Shown: positions 11,365 to 23,478 of the stretch, one piece after another | How the letters are laid out: each line of letters opens with the position of its first letter | Numbering within the stretch: the first letter of the stretch is position 1 | NCBI GenBank assembly: GCA_010093995.1 | Contig: ML992503.1 | Coordinates: 983,234-1,047,233, forward strand | Length of the DNA stretch: 64,000 bases | Reading direction: 5' to 3' | From: Elsinoe ampelina | Lineage: Eukaryota | Translations under genes and position numbers: made by a program | The notes under the pieces: model-generated | Database searches by the model: none | Seen by the model: the letters and a program-made list of their open reading frames with translations, nothing else | Told to the model about the DNA's origin: nothing

Positions 11365-13927
11365 ATGTCCAATCCGCGAGAGAATTGGACGAAATGCGGT
11401 GATCGGTTCTATCGCAAGATTCAATTGTACACCTCAGTATTCGACCCAGATCTTGAGCTCGAGAACTACACCCTCGTAGGAGCTCCCTATAGCGGGGCAA
11501 TTGGTGCGGAACAGTCTCGTCTCATAGGCCTCCACTAATTCGAGCCAGCCCTCTATCGCGACAAGACCAAGGTCCATTCCTTCCGAGGGGCATCGAGCAC
11601 GAAACCTACTATCGACATATACACATGTGCCGGAACCCTCATCACTCGAATCAACGTAAGAGCATTGCGTCAGAGCTGGAACAGGAGACTGACAAGGGCA
11701 GTGGGACAAGGGCGAGATTAGGGGCCTGGGATGGTCAGAAGATGAAAAGCTCATCGTCGTGTCGCAAGATGGCACGGTCAGAGTGTACCGCGATCTCCAG
11801 GGCGACTTCGACCCGTTCACCTTAGGGCATAGCGCAGAAGAGTATGGAGTACAATCATGCAAGTTCTGGTCATCAGGCTTCGTTGCACTACTTGGGAACA
11901 ACCAGCTAGTCGCTGTCACGCGGTACAATGAGCCTCGACCCTCTGTCCTCGCGAGTCCGCCGTCCGACGAGGTAGTGTCCTGGGCTATCATACCGCCTGC
12001 CTTTACGCTGTCACGCTCGGTGGAGGCGCTGCTTGCGATCGGGAAGAGTATCATGACGATTGATGCGTCGGAGGCAGAGGATCGGATGCTACAGAATGGA
12101 CCATTCAGGCATGTCTCAGTCTCGCCGAATGGTAAATTTGTGGCGGTATATACTGAGGACGGCAAAGTCTGGGTCGTGACGAGCGACTTCCAAAACAGAC
12201 TCAGCGAGTATGACTCCAAAGTGAAGACACCACCTCGAGAATTGCAATGGTGCGGCAACAATGCAGTGCTGCTCCTCTGGGAGGACGAGATTCACCTGGT
12301 TGGACCGAATGGGGCTGCTTCAAAGTTCTACTACGACTCATTTGTGCACCTCGTGCCCGATCTGGACGGCACACGAGTTTTCACGAACGAGGTCTGCGAG
12401 TTCATGCAACGAGTACCGGACGAGTCGGAGGAGGTATTCAAGCTTGGGTCGACTTCGCCATCCTCGATATTACTGGATGCGCTGGACCATCTCGAAAAGC
12501 GTTCTCCGAAAGCCGACGACAACATACAGCTCATCCGGCCCCATTTGGACGAGGCTGTCTACACATGTGTCCGAGCTGCTGGACATGAGTATGCGGTCCA
12601 CTGGCAGAAGCAGCTGTTAAAGGCAGCTTCATTCGGCAAATCGGTGATTCCCCTGTTTCCAGACGTAGACGACTTCGTTGAGATGACCGAGACTCTCCGG
12701 GTGCTGAATGCAGGGCGATACTATGAGATTGGCATGCCGATCACTTGCGAGCAGTACATGCGACTCACGCCAGAACGACTTGTGCAGCGATTGATCAACC
12801 GGTCGGAATACCTTCTGGCCTTGAAGGTCTCAGAATTTATGCGACTACCGATCGACAAGATATACGTTCATTGGGCAAGACAGAAAGTTCGGAAATCTAC
12901 CGATGACGAGGAGACGATATGCCGAGATATCGTCGAGAAGCTCAAGACGAAGCGAGGGATCTCATTCGAGGAGATCGCACGTGCAGCATATGATGAAGGT
13001 CGTGGTGGGCTGGCTGTGGAGCTACTGGAACACGAGCCTCGCGCTGGAAAGCAAGTACCAATTCTGCTGAATGTCGAAGAGGATGCCCGAGCTCTAGACA
13101 AGGCAATCGAAAGCGGCGACACGGATCTGGTCTATCACGTCCTTCTCCATCTCAAGAACAAGTTACCTCTAGCATCCTTCTTCCGTACCATCAACAGCAG
13201 ACCAGTCGCAACAGCACTAGTTGAATCCTCAGCCATCGACCAAGACCAGGAGCTCCTCAAAGACCTCTTCTACCAAGACGACCGCCGACTCGACGGCTCC
13301 AATCTCCTCGTCACAGAAGCCATCCAAGTCGAAGACCCCACCGCCAAAATCGACAAGCTCAAATCTGCAGCCCGCATCCTTCAAGACTCGAAAGAGCACG
13401 CCTTCCAAGTCAAAGCCATCAGCGAAGCCCAAGTCCTCCTCAAAATGCAAGAAGCATTCGAGAACGACCTCAACGAGCACTTCTCCGGCCTCTCGGTGAA
13501 TGACACAATCTACAAACTCATCAGACTAGGCAACATCAAGCGCAGTCAGAAAGTCCAGTCGGAGTTCAAGGTCACCGACAAGATCTACTGGTGGATCCGG
13601 CTGCGAGCTCTGGTCAGCAGACGAGACTGGAAAGAGCTAGAGGAGATTGGGAAAGTCAAGAAGAGCCCGATCGGGTGGGAGCCGTTCTTCAGTGAGATAC
13701 TGAGTGCCGGGAATGCCAAGTTAGCGAGCACGTTTGTGCCGAAGTGTACTAACTTGACGATGGAGGAAAGGACGGAGCTGTGGGAGAAGTGCGGGATGTT
13801 GAACAAGGCGGGTGAGGAGGCGTTGAAGGCGAAAAACATGGCGCTGTTGCAGACGCTGAGGGGAAAGGCGACGGGGCAGCAGGCGCTGGATATCGATCGG
13901 ATGATTGCGCAGCTTAGTAGGAGGTGA
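11365..13927 (+). CDS. VPS16: Vacuolar protein sorting protein Vps16 (HOPS/CORVET subunit)
   Basis: ATG 11365 (MSNPRENWTKCGDRFYRK) with introns 11504-11548 and 11656-11701. Vps16 segments QKQLLKAASFGKS, ALDKAIESGDTDLVY and KKSPIGWEPF. Confidence 0.95.
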
Positions 13928-14185
13928 TTGTGTGGTTAGGCAGCAAGATGGATGGCATGGAGAGATACAGATGATACCCGGAATGCAAGCCAACGTACAT
14001 ACGAACCATGATCGACGGTGATCTCAATTGCTCAAGCAGATCTGATTCAGGATATCTATGGTAAAGATCACACTTACATGCCAACCATAATGACTTCTAT
14101 GCCCAAGCTTTTGACGCCCCTCCTGCCATGTATGCTCGATATCCAGCACAATGCTCCACCCTCTGTCCATACCCGAACGCAGAGC

Positions 14186-14994
14186 TCACTTCCCCAGCGT
14201 CAAGAACAACCTATCCCCCACATCCCCCAACCCGGGCTTGATCATCCCCTTCGCATCCGTTTCCCCATCCACCGCTCCAACCCAAAACTCCGTCGCCTCA
14301 GGCCACGTCCCACTCGCCTTCTGCAACCCACCCACACTCCCCAGCACACTCACGACCAATATCCTCTTAACCCCCCAGTCCTTGAGCGTGTCAATCGCCG
14401 CACTAGCCGTCGCACCCGTCGCGATGATCGGATCCACCAGAATGGCCAAATCGCTCGGTCCGCCCGACGAGTCCGTCTGCGACGCAGAGTGGTACGGCAG
14501 GTTGTTGTAGTACTCGACCGGTTGGAGGGTGGATTTCTCGCGGTACATGCCTAGATGGAAGACGGGGACGGGGTCGGGGAGGAGGGTCAGGAGGGGCTCG
14601 ACCATGGAGAGGCCGGAGCGGAGGATCGGGACGATGGAGACTTTGGCGGGGGAGATGGTCTCGGTGGTGTAGTCGTAGCCGATCGGGGAGGTGTCCTGGG
14701 AGTTTGTCAGTGGGAGGGGCAGTGGGTGGTGTCGGAGCTCGCCGATGAGGGGAATGGAGGAGAGATAAGGAGGCATTGAGGACGCAGGACGAGGTGAAGA
14801 AGGGTGAAACTTACGGTGCCGCTTGCTGTGACTGTTAGGCCGCTGGCGAGAGCTTCGTAGCCGACCATGAGGGCGATGTCGTGGACCAATTGCTTGGTTT
14901 CGCGGGCGTTGGTGGAGGAGCTGCGGAGCTGGGAGAGCTTCGCCCGGAGACAGGGATGCGAGGATACGTGGACGTTTTGAGGTAGGGATGCCAT
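14186..14994 (-). CDS. FUR1: Uracil phosphoribosyltransferase
   Basis: Two exons with an intron at ~14700-14814. Motifs VPILRSGLSM, ILVDPIIATGAT (PRPP loop) and PGLGDVGDRLF. Confidence 0.9.
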
Positions 14995-15498
14995 GGTTGA
15001 AGACCGAGTGGTAGAGAAGTGAGTGGGATCAGGGAAACAGCTCAAGGAAGAAGGTTGGGAGAAAGAAGAGGAATAGAAGTGTCTCATACAGTTGCTATCG
15101 GCGTTTGGAGTCGATCACTTAATGTCACCCGCTGCGAACCGTTGCAGGGTTTCGGCGCGGCGGTCCGTTAATCCGAAGCAGCGATGACTTCACCTCGCAG
15201 GAACAAGTTCGATTTGCGCTCAGGCAAATGTGGATCTCAGCATCTGATTGACGACCCTTGGATATGGCCGGCTGTTCGGCAGCATGCTGCTAGATACTGA
15301 ATGTCCAACATGATTTTTGCAGCTGTGTGGACCTCATATTCGACCCGAGATTGCTTGGATGCTGGGTTTCTCGTTGTTTACCACCAATGTGATGGCCGCG
15401 ATACGGAGAGGCAACAACACTACATGACACAGCCAGTATCTACATAGAACATCCCCCAAACGGTACACTGCGGGACTTCATTGCACGCCGAGACCATC

Positions 15499-16779
15499 AT
15501 GAGCGGCGTCAACGAGGTTCGCACACTACCACCTGCGGATTCGACCACAGATCGGCCACAACATGGTCAGCCTACCTCAGAACTGCACCTCGAGGATCAG
15601 AGCCCCGGTGATCGATCCTTTCAAGTCGACCAAGAGCCCTCGAAGCATTCCAGAGAACCACTCAATCCCTCCAAGCCTTCAGGGAAGCCTTCACATCTAC
15701 TCATCCAACTCTACATTATCAGCCATCTCACCCTCTTCTCCCTCCTCGGCACCCTCGCCCGCCTCGGCATCCAATGGCTCACGACCTACCCCGGCGCCCC
15801 CATCACCACCTCAGTCCTCTGGGCCAACGTCGGCGGCTCCTTTGTCATGGGCTTCCTCTCCGAAGACCGCCGCCTCTTCCAATTCCCCACCCACCTCTCC
15901 AAACCCACCATGACCTCCTCCGACCGCAAAGCCCTCCACTCCAAGCACAAAAAGACCATCCCCCTCTACATCGGCCTCGCCACTGGTTTCTGCGGCTCCT
16001 TCACCTCCTTCTCCTCCTTCATCCGCGACGCCTTCCTCGCCCTGTCCAACGACCTCCCCGCCTCCCTCTACCACCCCGTCGCCCCCGCCGTGCCCCCCCC
16101 GCGCTTCAGCTCCACCCACCCGCGAAACGCAGGCTACTCCCTCCCCGCGCTCCTCGCCGTGCTCATCTCCGAACCCGCCCTCTCTCTCTCCGCCCTGTTC
16201 GTAGGCGCCCACACGGCCCTCCTCCTGGACAAGTACACCCCCTCCCTCCCTGCCTCCGTCTCCCGCGTCCTCGACCCGCTCGCCATCCCTCTGGGACTGG
16301 GCGCCTGGCTCGCTGCCATCCTCATCGCCATCTTCCCCACCAACAGCGACTGGCGCGGCGAGGTGCTCTTCGCGCTCGTCTTCGCTCCGCTGGGGACGTT
16401 GGTGCGGTACTTCGTCTCGCTGCAGCTGAATTCACGCGTCAAGTCGTTTCCCGTTGGGACGTTTGCGGTGAATATCTGCGGTTCGGCGGTGTTGGGGATG
16501 GCGTGGGATTTGCAGCGGGTGCGGATTGGAGGCGTGCCGGGGGGAGGGGCGTTGGGGTGTCAGGTGTTGCAGGGGATCGAGGATGGGTTTTGCGGTTGTT
16601 TGACGACCGTGTCGACGTGGGTGGCGGAGCTTCAGGGGCTTAGGAGGGGGCATGCGTATAGGTATGCGCTGGTCAGTTTGGGGGTTGGATTGGCGACGAT
16701 GGTGGTGGTGATGGGGAGTGTGAGATGGTCTGTCGGGTGGGAGGCGCCGGTGTGTGTGACTGGGAGGACGAGTGTATGA
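15499..16779 (+). CDS. FEX1: Fluoride export channel FEX (two CrcB/Fluc domains)
   Basis: Two CrcB motifs: GLATGFCGSFTSFSSF and DGFCGCLTTVSTW. Also GTLAR and GTFAVNICGS; multiple hydrophobic helices. Confidence 0.9.
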   Translation: MSGVNEVRTLPPADSTTDRPQHGQPTSELHLEDQSPGDRSFQVDQEPSKHSREPLNPSKPSGKPSHLLIQLYIISHLTLFSLLGTLARLGIQWLTTYPGAPITTSVLWANVGGSFVMGFLSEDRRLFQFPTHLSKPTMTSSDRKALHSKHKKTIPLYIGLATGFCGSFTSFSSFIRDAFLALSNDLPASLYHPVAPAVPPPRFSSTHPRNAGYSLPALLAVLISEPALSLSALFVGAHTALLLDKYTPSLPASVSRVLDPLAIPLGLGAWLAAILIAIFPTNSDWRGEVLFALVFAPLGTLVRYFVSLQLNSRVKSFPVGTFAVNICGSAVLGMAWDLQRVRIGGVPGGGALGCQVLQGIEDGFCGCLTTVSTWVAELQGLRRGHAYRYALVSLGVGLATMVVVMGSVRWSVGWEAPVCVTGRTSV

Positions 16780-16841
16780 TCACTGATATACAGCGTTACG
16801 TTTTGATAGATCTTTTGTACATGATTCTATTTCTTCAACAT

Positions 16842-18383
16842 CTAGTCTACCCACGCCACACCACTTGAGATGGGTTGTGTTTTTCTCGCAAGAATCTCCT
16901 CTACCTTTTCCCGGACACCCATCTTGCCTTCTTTTTGCCCCTGGAAGTGCTCCATGATCTGGCTCTTGGTCTTGATCGGCGCTGACTTGACAATGTCTTC
17001 GACATCCTTCTCGCGTGGAAGTCCAATCCAGGCATGAGGATAATCTACGAAGTGGGCATTTTCGTCCTTGTTCAAGACCTGGAGAGATGCTGGCTCGTTG
17101 GCGAAGAACTCATCCACATCTTTTGCGGTCACGTCCTCCAATTGGTTCGGGGACCATTTGGGCCGGCCCTTCTCCTTCGAGATCAGGCGCGCTGTTACGC
17201 CTGTTACAAAGTCGGGATGTGACATGAATCTGCTTGCAATGTGGTATTCATGCTGGAAGGTCTGGAAGATGTTCCATTTCTGTCCTTCTCGTAGTTGCCG
17301 GAGGGTCACGGCGACACTGATGGGACTGCGTTCACGAATGGTAGCGAGGGTTTTGGTCGCCCATTCCTTGATGAAGTCTGGGATGCCAGATCGGGACTTG
17401 GTCTCCTCGAGCGCGGCCAGTATACCGTTGACGTCATTTTCGGGGTGGAAGACGTAGTCAATTGCTCGGCGAATGTCACTGTTAATGTGCAGAGAGGTGT
17501 CATGGGGAAGACCAGTAGTGAACTCCTCGATCGTGCTGTTGATAATCGTGAGGCGTTCCTCCTCATCCGCGTAGTCCTTGAATTGCAGCTCAGCGAGACG
17601 TGCTTCAAGGTCTGGGAGAGAAGACGAGTCGAGGTAATGCGTGGCGATGCCCGAAAAGCTATGCTGGTCAGTACATAGCGCCTTCGTCTGTGGCTCTCTT
17701 TACTTACAATACCTCCGGACCCTTGAGACGCTCGCTGGTGAGGGCGAGATATGTGCCGAGCTCACCATCCATTCGAGGAAGGAAGAAGCTTGCACCCACA
17801 TCCGGGAAGAAACCAATGGTGGTCTCTGGCATGGCGAACACCGTCTTCTCTGTAGCTATTCTGAACGGCGCATGTACGCTCAACCCGACACCTCCTCCCA
17901 TAGTGATCCCATCGATGAAAGCAACGTAAGGCTTTGGGTATGTCGCAATGAGATGATCGAGCTTGTATTCCAGTGCGAAGTAATCCCTCGACGCCTGCTG
18001 GCCCTTTTCGCCCTTTGCGCAGTCCTGGGCAAGCACCGCAACGTCGCCTCCAGCGCAGAACGCTCGTCCAGCCCCCTTGATGACAATCACATTGGCCATG
18101 TCCGACTTCTGCCACTCCTGTAGTCTCGGCACGATCTTCCGCGCCATCGAGCCATTGAGCGAGTTGAGCTTGTCCGGTCGATTGAGCTGAATTGTCCGGA
18201 CGCCGTATTTCGAGTTGAAGACTACATCGTCCTTCGGATCTCCAGGCAAAGAGTCGATAGCAGTGGTACTGTCTGCGAACTACCGCTTTGTCAGTCTCCT
18301 AGCTCGCAATACCATATGCTACTAGCTCTTACCGTCCGTTGACTCGTCATCTCCGGGTTTGTGATCTTAGCGCGGAGAGGCAT
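16842..18383 (-). CDS. EHD3: Mitochondrial 3-hydroxyisobutyryl-CoA hydrolase (crotonase family; homologue of yeast mitoribosomal mS47)
   Basis: MPLRAKITNP N-terminus with introns near 18285-18331 and 17660-17707. Motifs LNRPDKLNSLN, AFCAGGDV, DGITMGGGVGLSVH and FAMPETTIGFFPDVG. Confidence 0.92.
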
Positions 18384-18880
18384 TGCTGTTATTCTGCAGG
18401 ATCGCGGTAGAAGACTAGAGGTTCTCGAGGGGATGGCGGACGAAAGGCGAATTGGTTGTAAAAGCATTTGGGCGATTAGGGTGTCTCAAATGCGGGAGGG
18501 TCGCTTTTCTGTTCCGAGCATCGATGACAAGGTCGTTGGACCTCGGCAAGCACAGTGGAGCTGCGTGGAGATGCAGGCGGGCTTGTGGAGAGCTGTTGAG
18601 TATTCGAGAGTCCTTGCTATGCAGACAGAGGTGAGAAGACAAAGCCAATTGCTTCTGAGAGGTCGCCGGGAGTTTTGCAAAGAATGGACACTTCGGCTAG
18701 CAATGGCAGAAGGTGGAGTTGCTTTGCCCGCGGAGCTTGACTTGCACGGTTGACCATATCTGCAAAAATGTAGAGCATCAGGTACTGGCACATTTTTTTG
18801 ATAGCTCGACCACTCGCCTCCACCATCTATCTCAGTCGCTAATCTCCCCTCTCGGTCCTTGTCTTTTCATTTCATCAGAT

Positions 18881-20076
18881 ATGTCTTCCTTTGCACGGCT
18901 GGTCCTGTCCACTGGACGGGCATCACTCCGACCATCCAGGAACCCTCTCCAGTATGCTCTTGGGTCCAAGGGCAATTCACAATTCCTCTCTGCTTCGAGG
19001 AACTACGCCACGGCCTTCGAACGAAACAAGCCCCACGTGAATATTGGTATGTCAGACTCAGACTCTTCTGGCGACCCCTCTGACCAAGTCTTTTAGGTAC
19101 CATCGGACACGTCGATCACGGCAAGACCACCCTCACAGCAGCCATCACGAAGCGTCAGGCCGAGAAGGGATACGCCAACTTCCTCGATTACGGCGCCATT
19201 GACAAGGCTCCTGAAGAGCGAAAGCGAGGTATCACCATCTCCACGGCCCACATTGAATACCAGACCGACAACCGCCACTATGCTCACGTCGACTGCCCTG
19301 GCCACGCCGATTACATCAAGAACATGATCACAGGAGCAGCCTCCATGGATGGAGCCATCATTGTTGTAGCAGCCTCCGACGGTCAAATGCCACAGACTCG
19401 TGAGCACTTGCTCCTCGCTCGCCAGGTCGGTGTCCAGCGAATCGTGGTCTTCGTGAACAAGGTGGATGCAATCGAGGACAAAGAGATGTTGGAACTGGTC
19501 GAGATGGAAATGCGCGAGCTCCTCTCCAGCTACGGCTTCGAGGGCGACGACACCCCTATCGTTCTCGGCTCCGCTCTCTGCGCCCTCGAAGGCAGGCAAC
19601 CCGACATCGGCACCGAAAAGATCGACGAGCTCCTCGCGGCTGTTGACGAATGGATCCCAACCCCCCAGCGTGACACCGAAAAGCCCTTCCTCATGTCCGT
19701 CGAGGACGTCTTCTCCATCCCCGGCCGCGGCACCGTCGCCTCCGGCCGTGTCGAGCGCGGTGTCCTCAAGCGCGACTCCGAAGTCGAGCTCGTCGGCAAG
19801 GGTGGCGTCCCCATCAAGACCAAAGTCACCGACATCGAAACCTTCAAGAAGTCCTGCGACGAGTCCCGCGCCGGCGACAACTCAGGACTCCTCCTCCGCG
19901 GCGTCAAGCGCGAAGACGTCTCCCGCGGCATGATCATCGCCAAACCCGGCTCGGCCAAAGCACACAAGAAGTTCCTCGTGAGCATGTACGTGCTCACCAA
20001 GGAAGAAGGAGGACGACACACGGGTTTCCACGGGAACTATAAGCCGCAGCTCTTCGTGCGGACAGCAGGTGAGTCA

Positions 20077-20119
<43 letters not shown>

Positions 20120-20399
20120 TGCACACATACCTCAGGACCCACGGGCAATCTCTTGCCTGAAATCTCCATACCCCGCATATCCGAAGCAAGGGATTACCCA
20201 CTAACGCAGCACAGACGAAGCAGCAACCCTCAACTGGCCCGAAGGCACCGAGGCAGACAAGATGGTCATGCCAGGCGACAACGTCGAGATGGTGTGCGAG
20301 ATCCACCGCCCGCTGGCCGTGGAGCAAGGACAGCGCTTCAATATCCGTGAGGGAGGACGGACGGTCGCTACGGGGTTGATCACGAGGGTGATTGAGTAG
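18881..20399 (+). CDS. TUF1: Mitochondrial translation elongation factor Tu
   Basis: Arg/Ser-rich presequence followed by [23 protein letters not shown] and NKVD. Introns 19047-19096 and 20069-20214. C-terminus [18 protein letters not shown]. Confidence 0.97.
20079..20119 (+). repeat. Poly-C homopolymer (41 nt) in TUF1 intron 2
   Basis: Uninterrupted C run starting 10 nt into the intron (donor GTGAGT at 20069). Confidence 0.95.
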
Positions 20400-20863
20400 A
20401 TGGCTTCCCGGCATGGGCGACGCCATGACTCGGACGAGAAGGGAAGGGAGATGGAAAGAAAGAGATGGGGTCCATGCTGCAAGGTGAGAGCTGGACCAGT
20501 GTATTCTAGTGTACAGCCAGAACAAGCTCTTCACTCGACCATGGGACATGGGTGTTCCGGACGGGAGGAGGGGGGCCATATACGTGCTAAGCGGGTGGAC
20601 GGAAGGACATTCGACTCTTCGGAACACTTTGTCTGATATAGATCTGCTTTTAATCTCCCCTTCGCGATGCCTGAAGAAGGGTATCGAGCGGGAAACACAC
20701 TACTTTTTGTGCTCGGAAAAGGGAACATGTAGACCAGTAGCAGCGACGGCGACAATGTATCAGAATCTCTCCTCATACTCCCACTACTACTCACTCTGCC
20801 CTTCCTGTCCTTGGTATCTGACAATTATCCATCCGCTGGCTATACCCCCGACAAACGGCGACT

Positions 20864-23180
20864 CTATCGCCTGCTCTTCAACCATGCGTCGACGCTCTTC
20901 CAATCTTCCTTCTGCGATGCCTCGACCAGCTCTGCCGGCGCTTCTTGGACGGCGGTGTACATGGCATCCCATAGCGAAAAGGCATACGATAGACTCTCGG
21001 CGTAGTCGACCACGTGCGGGAACCAGCTTGTGCGGCCTTTGTCTTTGATGGTCGCTCTTGCGTCTTTCGATGTGGGGTCTTCGGCCGCGGAGAGCTCGTC
21101 GAGGTAGTGCTTGACTGCGATGCCTAGACCGCAGTCGTTGTCCTGGAGGTATGGGAGGCTGGGAACAGGGTTAGTCTTACTTCATGATCTACAATGAGAC
21201 TAGATACTGACCTGAAGCCAATGTCCTTGAGCGCTTTTTCTGGAATGTTACGGTCCACGTCGCCGTCAAGAAACATGGTGGCGAGATTCATGTCAAGCAT
21301 ATCGCGCTGGCTTTGACGTGAAAGAGATATGAGGGATTTGTAGCCTAGCAGGTGCCGTGAGAGCGGACCAGTGTAGCCGATGGGCTTGTGCTTGAGGCGG
21401 CCGAGGCAGGCGACACGGGAGACGAGGAGGGTATTGCGCTGATCGACATCCGTGCCGCGGAAAGGCGCGCCATGGTAGGGTGGGACGGGGAAGAGGTTAT
21501 CATAATTCAGCACTTTCAGACGGAGGAGTTCGATGCCAAGGAGAAGGGGCTCGCTGAAGTCTTCAGGTCTGAGTCCCTTTGACAATGCAGTCTTGTATGC
21601 GATCTGGAGCGTCTTGCCGACAGGAGAGAGTGTGTGATCCTTGCGGGTGATGTAGTCGTGGAGTTGGAGATATCTCCAAAGAGCGTTGCTTTGTATTTGG
21701 GTGCTGTCCGCCATGGCCTTTGTGGATGATTGCTTCGGTGTGATGGTCGACTTTGCGAACTCGCTTGAGGTCAAGCTCTCAATAGCAAAGTACAGTGATG
21801 GCTCAATTGCCTGGATGTGTCAGTTGCATCGATAACGCCAAGTCAATTGCGTCTGCGTACCTTTACAGCCTTCATCCTGCTGGCAATTGCATCCTTTCCA
21901 ACGTGCCACGTCGACACTGACGCCTTAATGTCGGCGCCACCATCGTTGACATTGAGCTTGCGTGGTGGAGCATCCTGAGGTTGAAAGAACACCCGCAAGT
22001 TGACATCGTTGTGCTGATAGAAACGGTGAAGCGATTGCGACAGAAGAGCCAACGACTTTACTCTTTGCGGCACCATTTTATCTTTCACCAGGGTCTGATA
22101 TGTGATGGACTGACCACCGTCGACGGGTGGCTTTTCGAGAATCAGGCCGGAAGTCCGCCAGCTCAGAACCCGTGTGCCGACTACACCTCTTGAGACGTAA
22201 TAATAGATCTCATCTGGCAGCCTTTGGCCAATGAAGGCATGGACGTCGTTCGGCATCGATCCCTTCTCAAGCACAACCATCTCACCCTCGTATGTAGTGA
22301 TGACGTGATGTTTGAGCGACATTTGCGCCTTGCGAAAGTTGTCCAGATAGTCAAATTGGCGATTCAATGGCTCGTCTTGGTACTGCAGACAGACCGTGTG
22401 CCCAGTCATATTCATGCGCTTGAGCAAGTCGGCAGCCGCCTTGATCTTCGGGCTTCTTGCAGGGGTAGCGTCATTTTCCAGCTGTGGTAGCGTTTGAAGT
22501 AGATTTGAGCCCGCTAGGAGAGCCGCTTCGTTCCACAGAGCCACGTTGCCCACGGCAAGACTGTCGATACAGCTTTGACGGGTCACCCAGCTGAAAGTCT
22601 TCTTCTCAAAATCGACATCCAAAATGACCCTCTGGGTATTGAAGGCAAGTAACTCTGAAGGTCCTTGGATGGCGTCAACGATCTTCTCATTCTCCAAATA
22701 AGCGATCTGTGCATATGCACTGTACGGCGCAACAAGAAACGGGACATTCTTCCTGTGGAATATCGACTGGACGTAACGATAGATGTGCTCAGAATCGAAA
22801 GTGCATGCCGTGCCGAATGCAGCTACAGCCTGATCAGGATTCGAGGCATTATAGAGATCCCATGCCTCGTCAATTTTCTTCGCCAAGTGCTCGGAAGCGA
22901 CAAGTTTCTTATTCTCGCCGATAGCGGAAATGCCGTGGAATATGAAAAAGGGCTTGATGTTGGCATCCTCGAATCGCTTGATCTGCTCGTCGATGGTGTT
23001 CTCGATGTTGAAGGGTGTGCCGCCTAGTGCTGGGAGAAGTGGCTCTTTGGCATCAGCTGTCAGGATCTTCTGGATGTGGCTCTCAGCATCTATTGCCAAG
23101 CAGCGGTCCTTCAGCTGGTCCAGTGACGACTTTTGTATTAGTCGCTCGGTGGTGGCCCATTCCGTGAAGCCGTTGATCAT
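20864..23180 (-). CDS. MKT1: Mkt1-like protein (XPG/FEN1 PIN-like domain, post-transcriptional regulator)
   Basis: Segments LAIDAE..EPLLPALGGTPF, PFLVAPYSAYAQIAYL, GQRLPDEIYYY and IGYTGPLSRHLL. Introns ~21811-21859 and ~21161-21210; stop at 20864-20866. Confidence 0.88.
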
Positions 23181-23478
23181 GGCGGATATGTGTGAGTGGT
23201 ATCAGGGCGAGCAACACAGTTGAGGATGGTTGCCGTCGCGAGGGAGCGAAGAGTAGAGAGCGTTATCAAGGAGCGTTGGGGAGAGAGAATATATTGTTGC
23301 TTTTGGCTGATAATGAAGAAAAGAAGGACATCTGGAGGCTCGTGAATGTGGCCATTGGCCGCGGGTGGAGCTCACCAGAGCTTCTCAAAACGAACATGTG
23401 GTCCGTGCACGCACATGCTTTGACCAGTAGCAACAGGAGGATGGCACCTTGACCATAGATTATCATGCTCTCTATTTT

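Noticed and set aside
20069..20160. Poly-proline C-terminus on EF-Tu in the ORF track
   Set aside because: It is read-through into intron 2; splicing restores the normal domain III.
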